Source: Thermoleophilia bacterium
GTDB taxonomy: Bacteria; Actinomycetota; Thermoleophilia; Solirubrobacterales; Solirubrobacteraceae
Length of the DNA stretch: 64,000 nt
Direction of reading: 5' to 3'
Assembly: GCA_046565905.1 (NCBI GenBank)
Contig: JBKHXR010000048.1
Coordinates: forward strand, 7,236 to 71,235
Shown here: positions 18,974-27,728 of the stretch, in pieces
Position numbering within the stretch: the first letter of the stretch is position 1
Layout: each line of letters starts with the position of its first letter
Made by a program: the position numbers and the translations under genes
The notes under the pieces: generated by a model
What the model saw: only the letters and a program-made list of their open reading frames with translations
Database searches by the model: none
Told to the model about the DNA's origin: nothing

Positions 18974-20893
18974 ATGATCGGCAGGCTCCGCGGGCCCGGA
19001 TTCACGAGGGCCGCCCTGGGCACCGGGGTCGCGATCGCGTTCTCGTACCTGATCATCTTCATCATGCGGTCGTGGTACGACCTCGACCCCGTGATCGACG
19101 GCTTCGCCGTCCTCGAGCTCAGCCTCTTCCTCGCGCCGATCGGCTTTTTGATCGGCCTCGGCGCCTTCGACTACTGGTTCCACTACGCATCGGGCCGCCC
19201 GACCCGCCCCGAGGATCACTCGGGGCATGGCGCCAGGTCCTGGCGCGACTACTTCAAGGTCAACACCGACCACAAGGTCATCGGCATCCAGTACGTGGTG
19301 ACCTCGTTCTTCTTCTTCTTCGTCGGCGGCCTGTTCGCGATGCTCATGCGCGCCGAGCTCGCCCAGCCGGGGCGGCAGTTCGTCGACCCGAACACGTTCA
19401 ACGGCCTGTTCAGCGTCCATGCGTCGCTGCTGATCTTCCTCTTCATCATCCCGGTCTTCGCGGGCCTGGCGAACTACGTCCTGCCGCTGATGATCGGCGC
19501 GCCGGACATGATCTTCCCGCGGCTGAACGCCCTGTCGTTCTGGATGCTGCCGCTGGCCGGGATCATGATGCTGATGTCCTTCGGGGCGCCGGGCGGCTCG
19601 TTCGCCAGCGGCTGGACGGCGTATGCGCCGCTGTCGGTCACCGCGCCGGAGGGGCAGGTCTTCTTCACAATCGGGGTGCAGTTCGCGGGTGCGTCGTCGA
19701 TCGCCACCGCCCTGAACTTCCTGGCGACGATCATCACGATGCGCGCGCCGGGGATGAGCTTCTTCCGGATGCCGCTGCTCGTGTGGGCGAACTTCTCGAC
19801 GTCGCTGCTCGTGGTCATCGCGACGCCGTTCATCGCCGTCTCGCAGTTCATGGTGTTCTTCGACCGGTCGCTCGGCTTCAACTTCTTCGACCCGACCGGC
19901 AGCGGCGACGTGCTGATGTACCAGCACATCTTCTGGTTCTACTCGCACCCAGCCGTCTACATCATGATGTTGCCCGGCTTCGGGATCATCTCGGAGATCA
20001 TCGCCGTGAAGTCGCGAAAGCCGATCTTCGGCTATCGCATGATGGCCTTCTCGCTGCTGGCGATCGTCGTGCTCGGGTTCACGGTCTGGGCGCACCACAT
20101 GTTCGTCTCGGGGATGCAGGACTGGATCCGCGTGCCGATGATGATCACGACGGCGATCATCGCCGTGCCGACCGGCATCAAGATCTTCTCGTGGCTGGCC
20201 ACGCTCTGGCGGGGGGTGCTGCACCTCGACACGCCGATGCTGTTCGCGCTGGGCTTTCTGACGATGTTCACGCTCGGCGGGATCTCCGGGGTGATGCTCG
20301 CGATCATCCCCGTGACGATCCACGTCAGCGACACGTACTTCATCGTCGCCCACATCCACTACGTGCTCTTCGGCGGCTCGCTGTTCACGATCTTCGCCGG
20401 CGTCTACTACTGGTTCCCGAAGATGACGGGCCGGATGTACGACGAGCGCCTCGGCAAGCTGCATTTCTGGACGACGTTCATCTTCTTCAACGCGACGTTC
20501 GCCCCGATGCACCTGATCGGGATCCAGGGCATGCCGCGGCGCGTCGCCGACTACGCCGAGCAGTGGGCCGGCTGGAACCTGGCGATCTCGATCATGAGCT
20601 TCTTCCTCGGCATCAGCGCGCTCGTGTTCGCCTACAACATGATCGCCTCGTGGCGCGGCGGGCCGCACGCGGAGTCCAACCCGTGGCGCGCGCTGACGAT
20701 CGAGTGGCAGGTGTCCTCCCCACCGCCGATCTTCAACTTCGATTCGCTTCCGACCGTCGTCGGCGGGCCATACGAGTACGGGGTGCCGGGCGCGGTGCAT
20801 GCCGTGTTCAGGGAGCCCGAGGTGCCACAGCCGGCCGGAGCGGCCGCGTCCGCCGCGGCCAGCCGCCCGGGCGCCACCAAGGACGAGGGCTAG
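18974..20893 (+). CDS. ctaD: cytochrome c oxidase subunit I, A2-type, with an N-terminal extension of about 95 aa containing two TM segments
   Basis: Helix VI motif FWFYSHPAVYIMMLPGFG (the YS signature of A2 oxidases replaces the Glu). The canonical core starts near NTDHKVIGIQY. Confidence 0.9.
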   Translation: MIGRLRGPGFTRAALGTGVAIAFSYLIIFIMRSWYDLDPVIDGFAVLELSLFLAPIGFLIGLGAFDYWFHYASGRPTRPEDHSGHGARSWRDYFKVNTDHKVIGIQYVVTSFFFFFVGGLFAMLMRAELAQPGRQFVDPNTFNGLFSVHASLLIFLFIIPVFAGLANYVLPLMIGAPDMIFPRLNALSFWMLPLAGIMMLMSFGAPGGSFASGWTAYAPLSVTAPEGQVFFTIGVQFAGASSIATALNFLATIITMRAPGMSFFRMPLLVWANFSTSLLVVIATPFIAVSQFMVFFDRSLGFNFFDPTGSGDVLMYQHIFWFYSHPAVYIMMLPGFGIISEIIAVKSRKPIFGYRMMAFSLLAIVVLGFTVWAHHMFVSGMQDWIRVPMMITTAIIAVPTGIKIFSWLATLWRGVLHLDTPMLFALGFLTMFTLGGISGVMLAIIPVTIHVSDTYFIVAHIHYVLFGGSLFTIFAGVYYWFPKMTGRMYDERLGKLHFWTTFIFFNATFAPMHLIGIQGMPRRVADYAEQWAGWNLAISIMSFFLGISALVFAYNMIASWRGGPHAESNPWRALTIEWQVSSPPPIFNFDSLPTVVGGPYEYGVPGAVHAVFREPEVPQPAGAAASAAASRPGATKDEG

Positions 20894-20897
20894 CGCG

Positions 20898-21734
20898 ATG
20901 TCCAAGCACATCCTCGTGGTGGCGAATCAGACGATCGGCGGCGCGAAGCTGCTCGATCTCGTGCGCGAGCGCGCGAAGGAGCCGGATACGAGCTTCACGC
21001 TGGTCGTGCCGATGACGCGCCCGCGCTCGGGCTACGTGATCTACGACGACGCCGTGCGCGACGCCGCGCAGGTGCGGCTTGATCTCGCGCTGTCCTACCT
21101 GCGCGGCGAGGACATCGTCGCCGGCGGCGACATCGGCGACGAGGATCCATACACCGCGACGCTCGACGCGATCCACGAGTACAACCCCGACGAGGTCATC
21201 ATCTCGACGCTGCCGCAGTCCTCCTCGGGGTGGCTGCGGCGCGATCTGATCGAGCGCATCCAGGACAGCACCGACGTCCCCGTGACGCACGTCATCTCCG
21301 ACATCGACGCCGAGGGGCTGCCCTTCGAGGTCACGCTCGTGGTCGCCAACGTCACCGCGGGGCGCGGCACGCTGCGCGGCCGGATGAAGGAGATCGCGGC
21401 CGAGGCCGGCGACATGCTGTTCATCGTCGTCGTCCCGCTGGAGGCGCATCGCGACGGGCGCGCGGCGGCGGTCGCGCGGGCGCGCCTTGGCAACACGCTC
21501 GACAAGATGCGCCGCGAGGGCCTGCTCGTCGCAGGCATGATCGGCGACCCCGATCCGTATACCGCGACGATGAACGCGCTGCAGTTCTACCGCGTGTCGC
21601 GGATCATCATCTCGACCCTGCCGGTGACGAAGTCCGGCTGGATGCGCTCCGATCTGATCGAGCGGGTGCGCAAGGCGACGAACATCGACGTCGAGCACGT
21701 CGTCGCCGAGGCACCCGCCGAGGTGAGCAGCTGA
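20898..21734 (+). CDS. tandem-duplicated USP/HUP-like hypothetical protein
   Basis: 278 aa made of two halves of about 135 aa. Both share LVVAN.T.G...L and G.IGD.DPYTAT..A......II.STLP...SGW.R.DLIER. Start ATG 20898 is 5 nt after the ctaD stop, and the stop overlaps the ctaE ATG (ATGA). Confidence 0.7.
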   Translation: MSKHILVVANQTIGGAKLLDLVRERAKEPDTSFTLVVPMTRPRSGYVIYDDAVRDAAQVRLDLALSYLRGEDIVAGGDIGDEDPYTATLDAIHEYNPDEVIISTLPQSSSGWLRRDLIERIQDSTDVPVTHVISDIDAEGLPFEVTLVVANVTAGRGTLRGRMKEIAAEAGDMLFIVVVPLEAHRDGRAAAVARARLGNTLDKMRREGLLVAGMIGDPDPYTATMNALQFYRVSRIIISTLPVTKSGWMRSDLIERVRKATNIDVEHVVAEAPAEVSS

Positions 21735-22375
21735 TGGAGGCCGGCAGCATCAGCGCGGGCGTCGCGCTGGATCACCACGACGACGGCCACGGCGACCACC
21801 ACGGCCCGCCCGCCGCCAACCGCAGCTCGCGGGTCTCGCACGAGATCCTCGGGATGCTGCTGTTCATCATCTCGGAGGTCATGGTCTTCGGGGCCTTCTT
21901 CACGGCCTACTTCTTCATCAGGCTCGTGGCGGAAGGGCACCGCTGGTTCCCGTTCGAGGGCTACGAGCTGCCGGTCGCGATCGCCGGGATGAACACCGCG
22001 ATCCTGCTGAGCTCGTCGCTGACGATGCACTGGGCGCAGTCCTCGATCAAGAACGGCAACCGCTTCGGCCTGAAGGCCGGCATGTTGCTGACGTCGCTGC
22101 TTGGCTTCTGCTTTCTGTTCATCCAGATCAACGAGTACGTCCACATCGGGTTCTCGCCCCAGGACCATGCCCAGGGCACGATCTTCTACGGCCTGACGGG
22201 CCTGCACGGCGCGCACGTCTTCGTCGGGCTGACGCTGCTCGTGATCGTCACGGTTCGCGCTTTCCGCGGCCACTTCTCGCCCGAGCACCATCACGGCGTC
22301 GAGGTGCCGGGCATCTACTGGCACTTCGTCGACGTCATGTGGATCGTCGTCTACACCGCGATCTACATCCTCTAG
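21734..22375 (+). CDS. ctaE: cytochrome c oxidase subunit III
   Basis: 213 aa with FGAFFTAYF, GLHGAHVFVGL and YWHFVDVMWIVVY motifs. Confidence 0.9.
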   Translation: MEAGSISAGVALDHHDDGHGDHHGPPAANRSSRVSHEILGMLLFIISEVMVFGAFFTAYFFIRLVAEGHRWFPFEGYELPVAIAGMNTAILLSSSLTMHWAQSSIKNGNRFGLKAGMLLTSLLGFCFLFIQINEYVHIGFSPQDHAQGTIFYGLTGLHGAHVFVGLTLLVIVTVRAFRGHFSPEHHHGVEVPGIYWHFVDVMWIVVYTAIYIL

Positions 22376-22596
22376 GGGTCCGTCGTGAACGTCGTCGGAT
22401 GTCGGGATGCCCCAGCCGCGGCTGTGCGCGGCGCACGACTCCCAACGGCGAGGCTGGCTTCATCGGCGCGCGGCCGTGGGGCGGCCCACAGCCGCCGATC
22501 GGCTGCATCGGGATCCGAGCAGCCGTGTGACGGGCGGCTCCTGGTGGCGCGCCGCCGTTCGCCACGCAGCGAACCGGTCAGCTAGGCGGCCGGGCG

Positions 22597-22707
22597 TTGC
22601 GGCCGCCGTGGGAGTCCGAGGAGGCGGCGTTCGCCTTTCTCCTGCGCGTGCTCGCGGTCTGCGTCGCGATCGCGCTGGTCGCCGTCGCGCTCAAGGCGAT
22701 CCTGTAG
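22597..22707 (+). CDS. possible 36-aa single-TM micro-protein (TTG start)
   Basis: The frame reads (L)RPPWESEEAAFAFLLRVLAVCVAIALVAVALKAIL with GC3 near 100%, and a hairpin follows 34 nt downstream. The only start codon available is TTG, and no good SD is present. Confidence 0.3.
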   Translation: MRPPWESEEAAFAFLLRVLAVCVAIALVAVALKAIL

Positions 22708-22740
22708 CCGGCGCAGTCGCGCTCCGGCCCCGACGCCGGC

Positions 22741-22762
22741 AGCCGGCCGCGAGCGGCCGGCT
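22741..22762. terminator. perfect hairpin between the convergent oxidase and cytochrome c genes
   Basis: AGCCGGCCG-CGAG-CGGCCGGCT (9-bp stem, 4-nt loop), extendable by 2 bp. Confidence 0.5.
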
Positions 22763-22806
22763 GCGCTGATCTCGCGCGGCCCCTGACCAGGCCGCGATTC
22801 GGCTGG

Positions 22807-23532
22807 CTAGCCCGCCTGCTCGGCGATGTAGTCGACGAGGTCCTCGAGCTGCTTGTCGGTGAGCGTCTCGCCGTAGTCCTTGGGCATGATGTCGCCGAAG
22901 CCCGGCGTCAGCCTGGCGCTCGGGTTGACGATCGCCTGGCGGATCTGCTCGGGGCTCTGACCGGCGAGCACCTCGTCGAGGTCGGGGCCCGTGCTGGCGT
23001 TCGTCCCCGCGTCCTCGAGCACGTGACAGTTGGCGCAGGCCTGAGCCTCGTCGGCTCCGGCGACGAACAGCTTCTTTCCGGGAGGAGCGTCGGCCTCAAC
23101 CTCCGGGGCGCCCGCGGTGGCGAGCTGTCCCTCGTCCTCACCGCCGCGTGCTGCGGCGAACGCCACGTACGCTGCGACGTCGCGCGCGAGCTTGCCGGTG
23201 ACGAGATCGGGGGGCATGTACGCCGGGCTGTCCTGCGGCACGTCGGCCGGGTGCAGGATCTGGTCGTGGACGACGCCCTGGACGGTGCCGCGACCCATGC
23301 CGTCGGTCAGCGCGCGCTCGAAGGCGGCGTCGAGGCTCGGACCGGTCGCTCCCTGCGTCCCGGCCCGCTCGAGCACATGGCAGGACCCGCACTTCTCGAC
23401 GAAGGCCTCCTTGCCCGCGATCAGGTTGGCGTTCTCCGAGACGCCGGCGCTGCTGCAGGCGCTCACGCCGACGGCCAGCAGGCAACACCCGGCGACGCCC
23501 AGAAGTCTCGTCTTCAGCGCTGTTCGGCTCAT
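22807..23532 (-). CDS. dihaem class I cytochrome c lipoprotein
   Basis: Lipobox-like signal (LLAVGVSACSS), two CxxCH motifs (CGSCHVL, CANCHVL) and two Met-ligand regions (YMPPD, IMPKDYG). Confidence 0.85.
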   Translation of the reverse strand: MSRTALKTRLLGVAGCCLLAVGVSACSSAGVSENANLIAGKEAFVEKCGSCHVLERAGTQGATGPSLDAAFERALTDGMGRGTVQGVVHDQILHPADVPQDSPAYMPPDLVTGKLARDVAAYVAFAAARGGEDEGQLATAGAPEVEADAPPGKKLFVAGADEAQACANCHVLEDAGTNASTGPDLDEVLAGQSPEQIRQAIVNPSARLTPGFGDIMPKDYGETLTDKQLEDLVDYIAEQAG

Positions 23533-23658
23533 TCGAGCGCGGGAGTCTAGTCAAGCGGACGGCGGCGTGTTCCCCTGCCGGCGCGGACCCGTCGCGGCCT
23601 GCCGCGGGCGGCCCGAGGGGCGCGGTTTGCAGCGGGTCGGCCTGTTAGGGTTCGCGCC

Positions 23659-23925
23659 GTGCAAGCCCGTCAGCGCTACCGCATGCGCGAACCCAAGACC
23701 GGTCGAGAGATCATCCGCGAGGCCGAGCCCGGCCGCGTCTACGTCGATAGGCAGAGCGGAGAGCCGCTCGAGATCGTCGGCAAGGTGCTGCCGCTGGCGC
23801 CGTCCAAGTCGCGCCTGCCCTGGGCGGTCGAGAACCTGCGCTTCTGTCCCTGGTGCGACCAGCTCGCCCAGCGCGACCTCAACGACTGCCCGCACTGCGG
23901 CCGGCGCATGGACCCGGTCAGCTGA
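23659..23925 (+). CDS. small zinc-ribbon hypothetical protein
   Basis: 88 aa with C-terminal CPWC..x13..CPHC. The start may be GTG or the internal ATG (MREPKTG). Confidence 0.45.
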   Translation: MQARQRYRMREPKTGREIIREAEPGRVYVDRQSGEPLEIVGKVLPLAPSKSRLPWAVENLRFCPWCDQLAQRDLNDCPHCGRRMDPVS

Positions 23926-23939
23926 CGTCCGGGGCCGGC

Positions 23940-24323
23940 ATGCGCCGCCAGCGCCTCCTCAGCCTGCTCGCCGTCATCGTGCTCGCCGGCGCAGTGGCGG
24001 CGTGCGGCTCCGACGACGAGCTGTCCACGCGCGTCCCGAAGACGGCGCCGGACCTCACGATCCCGACCGCCACGACGGAGGCCCCGCCGGACACGGCCAC
24101 CACGGCCACGACGCAGACGACCTCGACGACAACGGCGCCGACGGCCCCGCCGCCTGCCGCGGCCCCACCGGCCGCCGCTGACCCGCCGCCCGCGCCCCCT
24201 GCCGGGGGTTCGGCGACGACCGGCGGTCAGGCACCGGCGACCGGCCAGTCGACCACCGGCGGCGCCCAGGCCGGTGGCGGCGAGTTCGAGGACTTCTGCG
24301 CCCAGAACCCCGGCGCCTGCTGA
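23940..24323 (+). CDS. low-complexity Thr/Pro/Ala-rich lipoprotein
   Basis: MRRQRLLSLLAVIVLAGAVAACGSD lipobox, a T/P/A-rich linker and a C-terminal Cys pair. Confidence 0.55.
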   Translation: MRRQRLLSLLAVIVLAGAVAACGSDDELSTRVPKTAPDLTIPTATTEAPPDTATTATTQTTSTTTAPTAPPPAAAPPAAADPPPAPPAGGSATTGGQAPATGQSTTGGAQAGGGEFEDFCAQNPGAC

Positions 24324-24356
24324 GACGCTGGTGGACGCCGCCCAGCTCGGCGCCTC

Positions 24357-25046
24357 CTAGCGGCGGCGCTGGCGCGTCGTCGACTCCTTGATGGGGCTGG
24401 TGATCAGCGTCGCGCTGTACGTCAGCCGCGCGGTCTTGAACAGGCACGCGAAGGCAACCGCCCTGCGCGAGCCAACGAGCGCCGACTGCGTCGACGTGTT
24501 GCCACACGTGTCCTTCGCGCGGCTCGCGCGCCACGAGGTGTCGGAGCCGAGGCCGATCTGCAGGGCGGGCGCCCACGAGGGGACGGACAACCCGACGTAC
24601 TGGCCCTTCTTGATCGGCAGCGATCGCCTGAGCGGGAACTGCACGACCTGCCCGAAGTAGTCGGTGAGCTCCTCCAGCGGCGCCTTGGCGACGACGCGCC
24701 GGACGAGCTTCTTGGCGGGGTCGAGGACGACCACGGTCGCCTGCGATGCGCCGCCGAGGCGCTCGGTGAAGAACGCGGTCTGCTTCGGGCCCGGCTTGCC
24801 GAGCGCGATCGTCCAGGCGACGATGCGGCCGTCGGCGGGCGCCCGGTACAGGGTGCGGTCGGGCCCGACCTTCGCCTGGTAGCCGGTCGTCCGGCTGACG
24901 GCCTGGCAGTTGTCGGGACAGGCGCCACGGACGCCGTCGGCGAGCTGGCCCAGCTCGGCGATCTTCGCGGGCGCCGCCGCGGGCAGCGCGAGCGCGGCGG
25001 CCGCCGCGAGGCCGGCTGAGGACAGGAGGAGTCGTTGGCGTGTCAT
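24357..25046 (-). CDS. secreted hypothetical protein
   Basis: Start set at MTRQRLLLSSAGLAAAAALALPAAAPA (signal peptide). 229 aa with several Cys. No recognised family. Confidence 0.55.
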   Translation of the reverse strand: MTRQRLLLSSAGLAAAAALALPAAAPAKIAELGQLADGVRGACPDNCQAVSRTTGYQAKVGPDRTLYRAPADGRIVAWTIALGKPGPKQTAFFTERLGGASQATVVVLDPAKKLVRRVVAKAPLEELTDYFGQVVQFPLRRSLPIKKGQYVGLSVPSWAPALQIGLGSDTSWRASRAKDTCGNTSTQSALVGSRRAVAFACLFKTARLTYSATLITSPIKESTTRQRRR

Positions 25047-25200
25047 GCCCGCATTCAACACGCCCGATCGGTTGTTGTTGCGTCGCGCGCCGGAAAGCGT
25101 TGCGCGGGCAACCGGTCCAGGCGGTCGCCACTCGCGCCGCCGTGCACGGCTGCCCTGCGGGCCACGTTCCGGACGCCGGCGGCGGTGGGGGTCGTCAACG

Positions 25201-25773
25201 TCAGCGCAACCGGAACGGGAGCGTCGCGCCCTTGTCGGGCACGCTGTCGATGCAGCTCGGGCGCTCGCACCCCGGTCGGGTGGACTCGATCCCGAAGCGG
25301 ATCCGGCGCGGTCGCCCGAGCGAGCTCTGGCTGAAGCGGATGACGATGCTGCGCCCGCTGGAGTTGCGCCTGACCGATGCGCGGGCCAGTCGCCGGGGCA
25401 ACTGCGATCCGCTGACCTCGTACACCCCGCCGCGCAGCTGCGTCTCCGAGCGGGCGGTGACACAGACGAGGCGGTCGGGACGCATCGACCTCGGGTCGGC
25501 AGCGGACGCCGTATGGATCCGCAGGCAGGCCGAGCCCGGTGGCCCGGACCTCGCCAGCAGCATCTTCGGCGTGACCTTGCCGGCGAACGTCACGACGGCC
25601 CGCAGCCGCCCGTCCGACGCTCGCTGCAGCGATGCCCGCGTCAGGTCCAGCGGCCCTCCCACGTCCGCGGCGCGGTCGGCGAGCACGACCTTCTCGGACG
25701 GCGCCGCGACCGCGACCGACACGATCAGCGCGCAGGCCGCGGTCACGATCGCGCCGACGCCGAGCGGGCGCAT
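25201..25773 (-). CDS. secreted hypothetical protein
   Basis: Start set at MRPLGVGAIVTAACALIVSVAVAAPSE (signal peptide). 190 aa. No recognised family. Confidence 0.5.
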   Translation of the reverse strand: MRPLGVGAIVTAACALIVSVAVAAPSEKVVLADRAADVGGPLDLTRASLQRASDGRLRAVVTFAGKVTPKMLLARSGPPGSACLRIHTASAADPRSMRPDRLVCVTARSETQLRGGVYEVSGSQLPRRLARASVRRNSSGRSIVIRFSQSSLGRPRRIRFGIESTRPGCERPSCIDSVPDKGATLPFRLR

Positions 25774-25863
25774 CGGGGCCGGATGACGGATGACGGCGGT
25801 GAGCACCCGCCGAAGGATGACGCACCTCGGGCGCGGAATCGACCGCGCAACCACTCGCCGCGC

Positions 25864-26280
25864 CTACCGCGAGAGCTCGCCACCGGCCGCGGCGATGTCC
25901 TCCATGTCGCCCGGCGCGGGAACCCACGGCAGCTGCAGCGGGTCGTCGGCGTAGCGCGGGATGACGTGCATGTGGAAGTGAAAGACCGTCTGCCACGCCG
26001 CCGGCCCACTGGAGTTCAGCAGGTTGACCCCGTCAGCCCCGAGCGTCTCGCGCTGGCGGGCGGCGACGCGCTTGGCGGTCGCGGCGACGGCCTCGAGGTC
26101 CGCCGCGTCGATGTCGTGCACGTCGCGCGCGTGCACGCGAGGGACCACGAGCGCGTGCCCGCGCGTCGCCGGGTTGATGTCCATGAAGGCGACCGTGCGC
26201 TCGTCCTGCGCGATGACCGTGGCGGGGATCTCGCCGGCGACGATCTTGCAGAACAGGCAGTCGGGATCGGACGGGGCCAT
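25864..26280 (-). CDS. HIT family (histidine triad) protein
   Basis: CLFCKIVAGEIPA and the triad HFHMHVIPR. Confidence 0.85.
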   Translation of the reverse strand: MAPSDPDCLFCKIVAGEIPATVIAQDERTVAFMDINPATRGHALVVPRVHARDVHDIDAADLEAVAATAKRVAARQRETLGADGVNLLNSSGPAAWQTVFHFHMHVIPRYADDPLQLPWVPAPGDMEDIAAAGGELSR

Positions 26281-26290
26281 CACGCGAAGC

Positions 26291-27709
26291 CTAGTGGCCG
26301 CGCTCGCGCAGCCGCGCGGCATAGGCGACAGCTTCGTCGGCCGTCGCGACGTCCCCCGCGAACCGCGCCTCGTCGATCTCCGCCAGCAGGCGCCCCAGCT
26401 CCGGCCCGTTCTCGATCTCGAGCTCCGCCGCCAGCCGGTCGCCGCGCACGAGCGGGGTGCGCCGGCCCTCCGCGCGCCACTTCAGCGCCGCCGGCATCAC
26501 CTCGCGCGCGCGGTCGAGGTGCTTGGCGATCGACTCCTGCGCCTTGCGCCCGCGAGTCGCGAGGCGGTCGGCCACCGACAGCAGCGTGACGTCGACCTCG
26601 ACGGGCTCGCACGCCTTGAGGTAGCGATACAGCGAGCGACGCGACAGCGGCGTCTCGTGTACGAGGAAGCCGAGCCGCAGGTGGTGGCGCGTGAGCGCGG
26701 CCACGTGGGACTTGAGCTTCTCGCTGGCCTTCAGCCGGGTGAGGATCTCGCGCGCGAGATCGGCCCCGGCGCGGTCGTGTCCGAGGAACGTCGGCGCGCC
26801 GTCGGCGCGGCGACCGAGCGTGACGGGCTTGGCGACGTCGTGCAGCAGCGCGCCGAGGCGCAGCCCCAGGCCGCGGTCGGCCTCGTCGGCGAGCGGTTCG
26901 GCGAGCAGCGCCGCGATCGGCTCGGCGTGGGCGCCGCCGAAGACCGCCCCGGGGTCGGCCTGCAGCGCCATCGCCTGCTCGAGCACCTCGATCGTATGGC
27001 CGTGGACGTCGGCGTGGTGGTAGCGGTTCTGGTCGACGCCGCGCAGGGCGTGCAGCTCGGGCAGGATCGCCTCGGTCAACCCGATCTCGTCCATCAGCGC
27101 GAGCGAGGCGACCGCGGCGTCGCCCGCGAGGATCCGCTTCAGCTCGGCGAACACGCGCTCCTGCGCGACGCCTGCGGCGCCGGCCGCGCTCGCGCGCGCC
27201 AGTGCGGTCGTCTCGTCGTCGGGCACGAGCGCCAGATCGGCCGCCAGCCGGACGAGCCGGACCACCCGCAACGGGTCGTCGGCGAGCGAATGCGGGCCGA
27301 CGGCGCGCAGCCGCCCGGCCGCCAGGTCCTCGGCGCCGCCGTACGGATCGATCCGCTGATCGCCGTCCAGCGGGCGGGCGATCGCGTTGACCGTGAAGTC
27401 GCGCAGCGCGAGGTCGCTCTCCAGCGACCCGCCGCGCAGGGGAGCGATGTCGATCTGCCAGGCACGGTCGGGCGCCATCACCCGCCAGGACCCGAACTCG
27501 TCGGACAGCTCGAACGCCGGTCCGCTCGCCGCGCGCGCGACGGCGCGCGCCGCAGTGCGCGGCTCTCCGTCGACGACGATGTCGACGTCGGCCGTCGGCC
27601 GGCCGAGCAGCTCGTCGCGCACCGCGCCGCCGACGACCCAGGCCTCGCGGTCGCGCAGCGCGTCGCGCGCGATCCGCTGCGCAGCGCCGGCGGCCCCGCT
27701 CATCTGCAC
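26291..27709 (-). CDS. cca: CCA tRNA nucleotidyltransferase / poly(A) polymerase family with HD domain
   Basis: N-terminal VVGGAVRDELLGRPTADVDIVV nucleotidyltransferase motif and a C-terminal HD region (LLHDVAKP). Confidence 0.7.
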   Translation of the reverse strand: MQMSGAAGAAQRIARDALRDREAWVVGGAVRDELLGRPTADVDIVVDGEPRTAARAVARAASGPAFELSDEFGSWRVMAPDRAWQIDIAPLRGGSLESDLALRDFTVNAIARPLDGDQRIDPYGGAEDLAAGRLRAVGPHSLADDPLRVVRLVRLAADLALVPDDETTALARASAAGAAGVAQERVFAELKRILAGDAAVASLALMDEIGLTEAILPELHALRGVDQNRYHHADVHGHTIEVLEQAMALQADPGAVFGGAHAEPIAALLAEPLADEADRGLGLRLGALLHDVAKPVTLGRRADGAPTFLGHDRAGADLAREILTRLKASEKLKSHVAALTRHHLRLGFLVHETPLSRRSLYRYLKACEPVEVDVTLLSVADRLATRGRKAQESIAKHLDRAREVMPAALKWRAEGRRTPLVRGDRLAAELEIENGPELGRLLAEIDEARFAGDVATADEAVAYAARLRERGH

Positions 27710-27728
27710 GCTGGCTCGGCGGGCGCCG

